From IMG/VR virus record IMGVR_UViG_3300016674_000106: DNA of 64,000 bases. One strand, 5' to 3'. This stretch comes from a virus. Position numbers and translations under genes: made by a program. This document shows, piece after piece, positions 8,757 through 21,400 of this stretch. Numbering within the stretch: position 1 is the first letter of the stretch; every line of letters begins with the position of its first letter. The notes beneath the pieces are model-generated. The model was not told the origin of the DNA. It did not search any database and saw only the letters and a list, made by a program, of their open reading frames with translations.

Positions 8757-11700
8757 ATGATACCATCAACTAATAATCGTTTACTTGTAGCAGAAGATTG
8801 GAAAAAAATCTATCAAAGTTTCCGCAATGCGGACTTCAAAAGTTATGATTTTGAAACACTTCGACGAAGCATGATTGCCTATCTTCGGGAAAACTATCCC
8901 GAAGAATTTAATGACTATGTCGACAGTAGTGAATACATTGCTCTAATCGATCTAATTGCATTTATAGGTCAAAATTTAAGTTTTCGTATCGATCTAAATG
9001 CTAGAGAAAACTTCTTAGAAACTGCAGAACGTAGAGAAAGCGTCCTTAGATTAGCTAGATTAATCAACTACAACCCAAAAAGAAACGTTCCGGCTAGTGG
9101 CTTCTTAAAAGTTACGTCGATTGCTACATCTGAGAACGTAATCGACTCGAACGGAATTAATTTAGCTAACTCTATTATTAGTTGGAACGATCCTTCGAAC
9201 CCGAACTGGTATCAACAATTTCTTTCTATCATCAATGCCGCAGTCTCTGAGCCCACAGCATTCGGGCGGCCGTATGCAAGCGCAGTTATTGGCGGAATTC
9301 AAACTGAGCAGTATAAGTTAAACACAAGAACTGCTGACGTTCCGGTGTATTCTTTCTCCAAGAATATTGGAGGAATACAAATGGAGTTTGAACTAGTATC
9401 TTCGACATTTGCAGGTAAAAATCAAATTTACGAAGAAACTCCGCTTCCAGGAAATCAATTTGGCATTATTTTTAAGAACGATAACAAAGGAAGCAGCAGT
9501 GCTAACACTGGTTTCTTTGTTCATTTTAAACAAGGTGTGCTATCGTCTTCAAATTTTAACGTAACAACTCCGGTGCCTAATGAATTAATTGGAGTTAACG
9601 TTACAAATATTAACGACGGCGATGTTTGGTTATGGCAGTTATCAGCTGATCAAAAGAGTCACCAAACGCTGTGGACTAAGATTCCTGCAATTACAGGAAA
9701 CAACGTAATCTATAATAGCTTGAATTCCAGTGAACGCAACATTTATGCGGTGTTAAGCCGCGAAAATGATCAGATCGATCTATCATTCGCAGACGGAAGC
9801 TTTGGAAATCTGCCTAATGGACCGTTTAAACTGTACTACCGTCAAAGTAACGGACTATCGTATGCAATAAAACCGGAACAAATGAACAGCATATCTGTTC
9901 AGCTACCTTATTTTAGCAAAACTGGGCAAGCTCACACGTTAACTCTAGTGTTAGGTCTACAATATACCGTTACCAACGCAGTTTCTGCCGAAAGTAATGA
10001 TGACATCAAGCTTAAAGCACCGCAAGCATACTATACACAAAATAGAATGGTTACTGCTGAGGACTATAACATCGCTCCTCTAACCATCGATGCGGACATT
10101 TTAAAAGTCAAGAGCATTAATCGAACTAGTAGCGGTATTAGCAAATATTTTGAGCTCAGCGATGTTAGCGGAAAATACAGCAAAACTAACATTTTTGCGA
10201 CCGACGGAATACTCTATAAAGCTGAAAGAGAATATAATTTCGAGTTTTCATTTACTACTCGTAATGAAATCTTGTCAATGACAAAAAATCAGCTTGCCCC
10301 GATAATGTTGTCTCCCGGGTTACGGTCGTTCTATCTTGACAAATACGAAACAATTGACATTTCTTCGTACAACTTAACTTGGAATCAATCCAATGTTACT
10401 ACTAATCAAACCAAAGGATATTTTAGCACCTCAGTCGGTCCTGCGATGATTGGAAACTACAGTAGTAGCGATCTAACATTTTTAAAACCCGGTGCCTTGG
10501 TTAAATTTGTACCACCAGTTGGGCATTATTTCTTACCCAATGGCACTATAACCTCTACACGAGGAGAAAACACCCGAACATATTTTTGGTCGCAAATTGT
10601 TAATGTAATTGGAGATGGGTCTAATCAAGGGCTAGGAAACCTTGCAGACAGTACCGGGCCGGTCATTCTTACTGGAAAAATTCCAGGAGACGCAACATTA
10701 CAAAACAGTGCAATTGCCGTTGAAATCATTCCAAAATTTCAAAATGTCCTTTCATACGGGTTAGAATCAGAAATTGTTAACCTTTCTTTATCAAGAAGAA
10801 ATTTTGGATTAAGTTTCGATGCGTCTACTAGAAGTTGGTACATTATAACGGATTCAAACCTAAATCTAGTTAGCCCATTTAGTTTAATCTTCCAAAAAGA
10901 TATTGCAAATCTAAATAGAGATTCGAGTTGGGCAGTGTCGTTCGAATGGACAGGAAAAAATTACAAGGTAAGATATCGTTTATTAGATTACGTGTTTGAA
11001 AGCGAAAAAGAAACAGCATTTTTTGTAGATCAGACGAAGAAAAATTACGATTTTGTAACAGATACGGTTGTTAAAGATAAGATAACTGTCTTATCGATTA
11101 ACGAGGCCCCTGTGTCTACAGTTTCTCAGGTAGCTGCAGAACCTGAATTTATATCGTTAACGGTAATTTCGTTGTCAATAGATAATACTGTTGAGTTTAG
11201 CGCGATACCAGGTACATTAACGTCGAGATTTGTAGCAATTCATCCTAACATAAGAACAGGAAGATCGACATTTACTATTGACGGAAATAAAGTTACATTT
11301 GATAGCTCGATTGTTCGTCCTATTCCTGCAGGAGATATCATTTCGTTTGTTTCGTTAGATACCGTTAAGTTTGACGCAGTAGAGATTAAAAATCTAACAA
11401 GTTTAGAAGTTGACTACAACTGGCAAATTGACTCGGCAGTTATTGGACTAGACGGATATATTGAACCAAAGAAGGTATTAGTAAGTTTTTACGATGCAAA
11501 CGAAGATGGGCAAATTGATGATCCGTTTATGTTTAAAAATATTGTCGAACCGGAAAGCTTAAATATACAAACTGGATACCGAGATAAATTTGTGTTCTTC
11601 CAGCAAACAACAGACGGGTTATCATACACAAAAGTGACAGAGATAGTTAAGTCATATCCGTCGGAAGCCGAAGTACCGCAAATTGAAAAGATCGAAGGTC

Positions 11701-12428
11701 AGCTTTATTATTTTTACAATAAAGATATTGATGTAGTAGTGAGATATATCGGCGACGAGTTTGTTGTAGAGCCATTAATTTATGCAAGAGAAGGAAGAGA
11801 TAAATTAAAATTCCATTATGTGCATAACAGCGGACAAGATAGAAGAATCGACCCAAGCAAGACTAACTTTATCGATGTTTATTTGCTAACAAAAACATAC
11901 GATTCAGAATATCGTCTATGGTTGTCAAGTGGTTCTGGGTCTGCGCCGTTACCTGCAACACCTCAAAGCTTAGAAGAGAATTATTCAAGCAGCTTAGAAT
12001 CTATTAAGTCAATAAGCGACGAAATTGTATTTCATCCAGCAAAGTATAAGGTTTTATTTGGAAGCAAGGCAACGCCGCAATTGCAAGCAGTGTTCAAGGC
12101 AGTTCGTAATCCTCTTAGATCGGTAAGCGACACTGATATTAAAACTAGAATTATTTCAGCAATTGAGGATTTCTTCAAAATTGAACATTGGGAGTTTGGC
12201 CAGACGTTTAATTTTAGTGAGTTGGCAACTTACGTTATGAACATAATGACACCGGATATAACTAATTTTGTTATTGTACCAAAAGCAGATGCAACGTTTG
12301 GTGACTTGTATCAAATTGTTAGCCAAAGTGATGAAATTTTTGTAAATGGTGCAACAGTAGACGATATTAAAGTGATTGATAGTTTAACATCTGCAGAACT
12401 AAAAGTGATCAGCACTACAAACAGCTGA
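8757..12428 (+). CDS. gp6-like baseplate wedge protein (baseplate J-like)
   Basis: DF..YDFETLR..MI.YL...YPEEFNDY..SSE..ALID..A..GQ.LSFR.DLNARENFLETAERRESVLRLA; later RMVTAEDY motif. Confidence 0.85.
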   Translation: MIPSTNNRLLVAEDWKKIYQSFRNADFKSYDFETLRRSMIAYLRENYPEEFNDYVDSSEYIALIDLIAFIGQNLSFRIDLNARENFLETAERRESVLRLARLINYNPKRNVPASGFLKVTSIATSENVIDSNGINLANSIISWNDPSNPNWYQQFLSIINAAVSEPTAFGRPYASAVIGGIQTEQYKLNTRTADVPVYSFSKNIGGIQMEFELVSSTFAGKNQIYEETPLPGNQFGIIFKNDNKGSSSANTGFFVHFKQGVLSSSNFNVTTPVPNELIGVNVTNINDGDVWLWQLSADQKSHQTLWTKIPAITGNNVIYNSLNSSERNIYAVLSRENDQIDLSFADGSFGNLPNGPFKLYYRQSNGLSYAIKPEQMNSISVQLPYFSKTGQAHTLTLVLGLQYTVTNAVSAESNDDIKLKAPQAYYTQNRMVTAEDYNIAPLTIDADILKVKSINRTSSGISKYFELSDVSGKYSKTNIFATDGILYKAEREYNFEFSFTTRNEILSMTKNQLAPIMLSPGLRSFYLDKYETIDISSYNLTWNQSNVTTNQTKGYFSTSVGPAMIGNYSSSDLTFLKPGALVKFVPPVGHYFLPNGTITSTRGENTRTYFWSQIVNVIGDGSNQGLGNLADSTGPVILTGKIPGDATLQNSAIAVEIIPKFQNVLSYGLESEIVNLSLSRRNFGLSFDASTRSWYIITDSNLNLVSPFSLIFQKDIANLNRDSSWAVSFEWTGKNYKVRYRLLDYVFESEKETAFFVDQTKKNYDFVTDTVVKDKITVLSINEAPVSTVSQVAAEPEFISLTVISLSIDNTVEFSAIPGTLTSRFVAIHPNIRTGRSTFTIDGNKVTFDSSIVRPIPAGDIISFVSLDTVKFDAVEIKNLTSLEVDYNWQIDSAVIGLDGYIEPKKVLVSFYDANEDGQIDDPFMFKNIVEPESLNIQTGYRDKFVFFQQTTDGLSYTKVTEIVKSYPSEAEVPQIEKIEGQLYYFYNKDIDVVVRYIGDEFVVEPLIYAREGRDKLKFHYVHNSGQDRRIDPSKTNFIDVYLLTKTYDSEYRLWLSSGSGSAPLPATPQSLEENYSSSLESIKSISDEIVFHPAKYKVLFGSKATPQLQAVFKAVRNPLRSVSDTDIKTRIISAIEDFFKIEHWEFGQTFNFSELATYVMNIMTPDITNFVIVPKADATFGDLYQIVSQSDEIFVNGATVDDIKVIDSLTSAELKVISTTNS

Positions 12429-12438
12429 AGGAAATGTA

Positions 12439-15400
12439 ATGTCTAAGAAAAAGAATATTGAAAAAAAGTCAGTAAATCTATTACCTGCGTTTTTTAGAAC
12501 AGAAAAAAATTCTAAGTTTCTGTCAAGCACGGTAGATCAGCTAATTAAGACTCCGGAGCTTACACGCCTTGACGGATATGTCGGTAGTAAGTTAAGTCCA
12601 AATTACAAAGTCACCGACAAGTATATTTCCGAAAGTTCAGCATTAAGGCAGAATTATCAGTTAGAGCCAGCGTTAGTTATTAAACAGTCTGATCAGTTAA
12701 TTAAAAAAGCATTTGGTTTCGATGATTTAGTAAATCAGGTGAGCTATTACGGCGGCAAGACTAACAATTTAGATAGGTTGTTTAGACCTAACGTTAGTTC
12801 GTACGACCCGCACATCGATTGGGATAAGTTTGTTAACTTTAGAGAATACTTCTGGATGCCAACCGGGCCGGACACTGTTTCTGTTACAGGAGCGCAGAAG
12901 AACACTGTTAGCACCTATACTGTGACCGAGTCGCCTGACGGGAAATTTTTTATTTTTACGCCTGATGGATTAACCTCGGATCCTTTAGTTTACCTCTATA
13001 GAGGAAACACATATGTCTTTAATGTGAATAACACAAGTAATACATTTTACATTAAAACTGCACCCGAGCTTGGATCTAATGCAAGTTATGTTGGGGCATC
13101 GGGTAACGGAACAAAAAATGGACAAGTAATTTTAGTTGTCGACGAAAACACCCCGAGCGTTCTGTTTTATCAAAGTGCAGAATCTCAAGAAGCGGGCGGA
13201 AGAATTGTTGTCCGACGCCCATCGGAAAATTCTGCAATCAATATCGACCGCGAGATTGTCGGAAAGGCAGAATATACATCCGGAAATGGAGTTAAATTTG
13301 TTAACGGACTTAAGGTTAAATTTTCAGGCAATGTAGAACCGATTCAGTATCGAGAAAAGGAATTTATTGTCGAAGGAGTCGGCCGGGAGATTAAACTAAT
13401 CGAATTTACTAAGCTAATTACCCCCGAAGACTTAGCAACATTGCACAATACAAGTTTTGATGGAACAGCATTTGATCAATATCCGTTTGACGATTTTAAG
13501 AACATTCCGATTGTTCCGGAGTATGTAACAATTAATCGGGCTAGCAAAGATCTCAACCCATGGTCAAGATATAATAGATGGTTCCACATTGATGTGTTAA
13601 CTATGGCAGCTGAGCTAAATGGCAGCGAGTTAAATCTTCCATTTGACAGAAGAGCCTCAAGGCCTATTGTCGAATTCCGCCCAAACATTCAATTGTGGAA
13701 TTTTGGAACCGCAGCAATCGAACCGATAGATTTAGTCGACGAAATAACAACTGACGCGTTCTCAGTAGTAGAGAAGTCGTCAGGGTACTACATTGACGAA
13801 ATTGCACTTGAGCAAGATTTTCGAGTAGTTTTTAGTGCCGACACTGACCCTGCAGTTAGCTCAAAGGTATATCGAGTTAATATTGCACAGATCGACGGTA
13901 AGAAGGTTATTGATCTAATTGAAGAGGCTACTCTTTCTTACGGTGATTCATTACTAGTTAAACAAGGTAAGAACAGACGAGGAACTGAGTGGTGGTACAA
14001 CGGATCTCGTTTGGTATTTGCCCAACAGCGCACCAAACGAAATCAGGCTCCGAGATTTGATCTGTTCGATAAAGACGGAATTAGCTATAGTGACCCGATA
14101 TACCAAACCTCTGAATTTCTAGGATCAAAAGTTTTCGGTTACAGTGTTAACGAAACAGGAGTATCTGATCCGGTACTTGGATTTCCGTTAAAATACAAAT
14201 CTGACACCATCACTGGTGTCGGTGCGTATCTATTTGAAAATTATTTTGATACTGAACAAATATCTTTAATTTCCGGAGATACTGTAGAACAAGTGTCAAC
14301 TACGGATACATATCTGAGAATCAACGACAACAATTATCGATTCGAGAATGTGTGGGTACCGGCTGAGTACTACAGAATACCAGTTCTTCAACTCGAGGTG
14401 TTAACAGAAAGTACTGATACAGTTGAGGTTGCCTGCTTCGACACCCCTGCATTAATCACCGATCTTGAAATTTCGGTATTTGTCGATGGCAAAAAGAAAA
14501 AACAAGGGAAAGATTATGTATTACAAACAGAGAATGCACGTCTGTTTGTTAAATTTTCAACAAATCTTGAATCAAGCCGAGTATTGCTAAAATGCTATAC
14601 TTTAGCATCACCAAACAACCGAGGATTTTACGAAACTCCTATTAACTTGACTAATAATCCGTTAAACAATAAGGTTACTGAATTAACCTTAAGCGAACTT
14701 ACCGACCATGTGTCGACAATGGTTAATCAAGCTGATGAGTTTATCGGAGAGTTTCCAGGAGTTAGCAATCTGCGCCACTTAACAGACATCACAAAATACG
14801 GATCTCGGTTAGTTAAGAATCAGAATTCTCTTGCATTTGCTCAGCATTTTATTACCGATGTCGAAAATAACGCAATTGATGCAATACGTGCCGCTGCGAC
14901 AGATTATTACAATTTTAAAATAAATTTAATAAACCATATTTCTAAGATCGGCAGCGCCGAGAGAACTATTGCAGAAGTGCTTGATGCAGCATTAACGGAA
15001 ATTAACACTAATAAAAATACAACGTTTCCTTATAGTCGGAGCGACATGCTAGGGTACGGAAGAAACACCGTAGAAAAAGTTTATAGAGTAACTGATCCTA
15101 GAAATAATGTCTACCCAGTATCGAATGCATTCTCTCTAGACAGTTTAAGCTCTCGCTCAGTGATCGTTTATCACATAGATGGAAATAACGGCAAAATTTC
15201 TCAGCTAGTAGTCGAAAAGGAGTATACCTTTATTCCGGAAGACAGTGCTGTTAGGATTAAACGATCGTTGTTAAGAGGCGACACAATTAAGGTAGTTGAG
15301 TATGTGTCTACAGCCGGATCGTATATTCCTCCAACTCCTACTAAGCTAGGAATCTATCCAAAGTTTGAACCTTCGATCTATGTCGATAACAGTTTTTCTT

Positions 15401-18400
15401 CCGGTCCGAAAAAAGTTATACAAGGACACGACGGCAGCATTACCATCGCGTTCTCTGAGTACGATCAACCGGACGAATTTAGAGATTTAGCATTGCTCGA
15501 GTACGAACTTAGAGTGTTTAACAACTTAAAAACGAAATTCAATACTGAATTTCTAAACATTCACGATGTTGTTCCGTCGGTTTTTAGGAAAACTGATTAT
15601 TCTCTTGATGAAATTAATGATTTAGCACGAGCAGACTTTATTAAGTGGGCAAGTGTGTACGGAATTGATGCAACTACTAACAGCGGATACGACAGAAACA
15701 ATTATACTACCTATAATTACGCGTCAACTAAGGACTATGTTTTTGATTGCCAATTACCGGGAAGCTGGAGAGCAATTTATAAATTTTACTTCGATACTGA
15801 TCGACCAAATACGCATCCGTGGGAAATGCTAGGTTTCACAATTATGCCAGAGTGGTGGGAATCGTATTACGGTCCTGCTCCGTATACCTCTGGTAATAAA
15901 ATTCTTTGGAACGACCTTGAAGAAGGGCGAATTAGACAAGGAAGTCGCCAGGGTATCGATGCAAAATATGCACGTCCAGGTTTGTCGACTATTATACCAG
16001 TTGACGACAGCGGAAACGTAGTTGATATTAGAGCCTGGCCGGGAATCGAGCAGAATCCTGCTATTGTTGATACAGACCAAGACTGGAGTTTTGGGAATAT
16101 CGGGCCAGCAGAGCTTGCATGGAGAAGAAGCAGTTTATGGCCATTTACTGTTCAGGTAATTCTGGCACTTTCGAAACCTGCCGATTTTGCAGCTCAATTT
16201 TTCGATCCGGCTAGATTAACAAAGGACATTGCAGGTCACTATACCTATGCAGAAGATAACGCATTTCTAAGCACCGATCGAGTAAAATTATACTCAGACA
16301 CTGACGCATCGGGGTCAACGGTGTTAGGATCTGGGTATCATGTTTGGGTTGTCGAAAGAGGATTACAACGATCTGTAAATTATACATCTACTTTAAAGGA
16401 CGAACTAAAGTTTGCAGGAGTTAATTTATTCTACAAATTCTCCGGATTTACTAGTAAAGATAAGATAGACTTAATAATTGATTCGGTTAATCCTACCTCG
16501 TCAAACCCGGGCGTGACGCTACCGACTGAAGATTATTCCTTGATTTTCAACGTTAGCAATCCAGTAAAAACAGCATCCATCTCTGGCGTTATTGTTGAGA
16601 AAAAAGACGGATATTTTGTACTCAAGGGGTATGACAAATATAGTCCGTATTTCACAATTTTAGAACCAATTTATAGATCGAGTAAATCGACTGTAACTGT
16701 TGGCGGAAAGTCTGAACCTTTTGTTTCGTGGACAGCAAACACTTTTTATCAAAGTTCTCAAGTGGTGTATTACGGAAGCAGATATTATCGAGTGACTATG
16801 AGTCATAACTCAGGAAACTCTTTCAATACAACAAACTATCAAACATTAAGAGAGCTTCCTATCATCGGCGGCGCAACGGTCCATACCACATCTGACTTTG
16901 AGAAAACAGAAACTGTTATTCCGTACGGGTCAAAGTTCTCTACAATTCAGGAAGTATACAATGTCTTAATTGGTTACGGTGCATGGCTCGAATCTCAAGG
17001 GTTTATGTTCAACCAGTATATACAAGAGCTAGGGCAAGTTGTCGACTGGAAGTTTACAGGAAAAGAATTTTTATATTGGACAACGCAGAATTGGTCTGTT
17101 GGCACAGTTATCACGTTGAGCCCGTTTGCTGATCAATTAGTTTATAAGTCTGTTGATTCCGTAGTTGACAACGTCCTCGACACCTTTTACGAGTACAGTC
17201 TGCTTTCGGCAGACGGTATGCCATTTCCGACAAAAAACTTTTCTCTTTCAAGAGAAGACTCAACTTGCACAATCACTACAAAGAACACAACAAGTGGATT
17301 ATTCTTTGCGAGACTTAATTTAGTTCAAAAGGAGCATGCAATTGTTCTAAATAATACTACACTGTTTAATGACATTGTGTATATTCCGGAATCTGGATAC
17401 CGTCAGAATCGATTAAAGATTAGTGGTTTCAAGACAGCTAATTGGCAAGGAGATTTTGTAAGTCCCGGCTTTGTGTATGATGCTGCACAAATTGTCGAAT
17501 GGGCACCTTATACAGATTATCCTGTTGCCGCGGTTGTTAAGTATGCAGGGAAGTATTATTCTGCTAATCAAAAAGTGTCAGCAACAGAAGAGTTCCAATT
17601 CGATCGCTGGTCCATTTTAAATGAAAAGCCGACCCCTCAGCTATTGCCAAATTTTGACTATAAAATTAATCAGATTGAAGATTTTTATAGCTTAGACATT
17701 GATAACTTTGATATCGGTCAGCAAAAAATGGCCCAACATCTGGTAGGGTACACTCCGAGAGAATACCTAGATAACATTTTTGTAGATCAAATTGCACAGT
17801 ATAAGTTTTATCAAGGGTTTATTAGAGAAAAAGGAACCAGAAACGCAATCAGCAAGTTGTCTAAGGCAAGCGTTCATAATCTGCACGGTCAGTTAGAGTT
17901 AACCGAAGAGTGGGCGTTTAGAGCAGGAGCATACGGTAGCTACACTACATTCAATGAAATTGAGTTTCCATTAAAAGAAGCTTCCTTTATTGAAAATTCT
18001 CAGGTAGTTACATTTGTAGATACAATTCCGGAACTTGCCGAAGATTCTGTAGCTTATACAACGTTATCTGACCTTGAAATCAAGCCTGCAGGGTTTAGTT
18101 CCTCGGCTGCTTTTGCAACAGAAAAATCTACATTTGATAACAACCCGAATGTTCTTCCTACTGCAGGTTATCCGATGATAACTGAAGTTACTGCTACAGC
18201 ATACAACAAAAATAGCCTGTTCGATATTGCTAATAATGGTAGTATTAAAGAAGGTGACACTATCTGGTTAGGGTTTAGAGATGACGGACAATGGGACGTG
18301 TATAGATATACAAAGCAATCCGCAAAGGTAGTTTCGTCTGAAGTAACAACACCCGGGTCTGTCTTACGATTTACTACTGATAGATTCCATGGGCTATCGG

Positions 18401-21400
18401 TTGGGGATATTGTATCTGTTTACGGTTTAGATAACGGAACAGACGGTGTGTATAGAGTGATAAATTTTGATACTCTAACTAGCTTTGATGTCGAGTCTGC
18501 CCTTAATACAGTTAACGTTAGTGAAACGTCGGCGTTAATGTATAAATTTGTAAGCGTAAGAGTAAATTCTTTTGACGATATCAATAAGTTACAAGAAGAT
18601 GTAGACTTTGTACCCGGAGATATTGTTTGGGCTGATTCTAACAATGCCGGAAAATGGGCAGTGTACCAGAAGATGCAGAATTACAAAACGGCATCTGTAA
18701 CTGAAAGTACGTCAGGAGCAAGAAATCAACAGCTCGGATCGACCATTTATGCGTCAAGCGAATCTAACATAGTGCTTGTTGGAGCACCGGGATACGTAAG
18801 CGGAACCGAAAAAGGTAGAGTATTTGTTTACGAAGTTGCCGAATCGGAGACTACTCTCTTGGTTAACTTTGGAATTAATTCGATTAAAAACGAACATTAT
18901 GTTGAAGGAACCGATACAGGATTTGGAACAGCAATTCACTTTGATGCAGCAAGTAATGCTATATTTGCTGGCGCACCGTTTGCAAGCAATGTGAATCATG
19001 GCGCAAATGCTGAGAATGAAGGGCTTGTGAAGATCTCAAAGATCAATCCCGAGTTGTATGATGAGATTCCTGTGACAGTTATCGCAAACCAGTATGCGCA
19101 ACCAAATGCACTTTTCGGGGCAAGCGTGCTAGTTGTTAATACAAAAGAACCGAAAAAACTTCTTTTAGTTGGCGCACCTGGGCAAAACGGCGTCGGATCG
19201 GTGTTTGTGTACTCTCTAGACGATAATTTAACCTCATCTTTAACAAAGATACTCGACAAGAACCCAGACTATTCTTCCAGATTCGGAGAATCGATTGTTT
19301 CATCAGGCGACGGTTCTCGTCTAGTAGTAACCGCCCCTGGCGCATATAATAAAACAGGATCCTTGTATGTTTACACATATCTCGGTAATTCGCAATTTTC
19401 GACACAGCCGATTGAAATATTAGCCCCGGAAAGTTGCAAGGATGGTGACGAATTTGGTAGCGTTATCAAGATGACAGCCGACGGCAAGTATTTGTTTGTA
19501 GGAACAACTAAGACAATATCTGGATCAAATCTATATGGAAAGGTATTTGTTTACAAGTGGAATAATTCTACTTACGTCTTAAATCAGACAATTAATAATA
19601 TATCTGCAAATACAGATTTAATTTTTGGTACGTCTATTGATGTTAATGATTCTGCTGATACGTTAATTATCGGAGCCAGGGGCAATAAATCCTTTGCCGG
19701 AGTAATATTAGACAATAACGATACAACCTTTGACGGAACAAACTGTACATTTGGAGATATAATTAGTGGTGTAGGTAGTGTATTTGTCTTTAACCGTTAT
19801 TCTGATAAGTTTGTGTACTCTGAGGAATTATTTGACAAGTCAGTAATTGCACGAAGTAAGTTTGGAGAAAGTGTTGCTATTAATGCAAACGCTATTATAG
19901 TCGGTGCCCCAGGATACAATGACAAAGGAGCATTTTATCAGTTCCAGAAAATTGACCCGTTAATTAACAGCTGGAATTTGTTAAGAAGCCAGCCCGATAG
20001 CGTCGACATTAAGAAAATTCGTCAGGTGTGTATTATTGATTCTCGAGATGAAGAAATCAAAGAATGGGTCGATACAATCGATCCAATAAAAGGAAAAATC
20101 GCCGGTATTGCTGATCAAGAAGTACGATACAAAACAGCTTTCGACCCTGCGGTGTATAGTATCGGTTTTCAAGGAACAGTAGTTGATACAGAAACAAGTT
20201 GGATTGATTCTCACGTCGGCGAACTATGGTGGGATCTCTCAAGCGTCAAATACGTCTGGTACGAACAAGGTGATTCGACGTATAGAAAGAACACATGGGG
20301 AACTATTTTTCCAGGAGCATCTATTGATGTTTATGAGTGGGTTAAGAGTGAGTATCTGCCAAGTCAGTGGAGTTCGATTGCAGACACTGTTGAAGGGTTG
20401 GCACAAGGCATCAGCGGACAACCAAAATACGTTGATAACTCTGCAATAAGTGTTCAGCAATACTACAACGCAACCACTGGAGCTACTACCAACGTTTATT
20501 ATTTCTGGGTAAAGAATAAAGTTACATTACCTTCGTCTGTAGATAGAAGAATTTCGGCTGCCGAAGTTGCTCGTATAATATATGATCCGGTTGCGTACGG
20601 ACTAAAAACACTATCTATCATTTCAGAAAATTCATTGGTTGTAAGTAATGTAAAAGATAGTCTGGTCGCAGATAGAATGCATCTGAATATTGCAGCCGAC
20701 GATATAAACTCATCGATTAACAAACACACCGAGTGGCTGTTAATTGAAGAGAACAGTAACACAAGTATGCCTTCTGATCAGTTAGAGCAGAAACTATTTG
20801 ACAGTCTTCTAGGAAGAGATATGCTAGGAAATCCAGTACCGGATCCGTCTCTTTCTAACCGAACTAAATTTGGTATCGATGTTCGACCAAGACAAACAAT
20901 GTTTAAAAATCGAAGATTAGCATTAAGAAATCTTATCGATTACACAAATTCTGTTCTACAGAAAAATGCAGTCACTGATGTAATTAGTTTTAACTGGTTA
21001 AACTCGAAGGAAGAAATTCCTAACGCCGATCTTGGGTATTACGATGTATTAGTAGAAACACTAGAAGAATTAGAGTCAGTGTCAACAACATCTGTTGATG
21101 TTGCAAAAATCTCTTGTGACGTAAAGTACGGTAAAATTACTGGGGTGATTATTGACACCCCAGGAAGAGGATATAAGATTCCTCCAGTTGTGACTATTTC
21201 GGATAACCTTTTTGGCGCAGTTATTAAAACAGAGATTAACAGTGTAGGAGAGGTAGTAGGAGCAACTATTGTAAATCCAGGAAAGAACTTTGTATCGGCT
21301 CCAGAAATAACAGTGAGACCATTTACCGCAGTGGTACAACTTGATTCTAGTTCTAGCAATAAGTGGGCAATGTATCAAGTAGTTAACAAATCTTGGGTTA

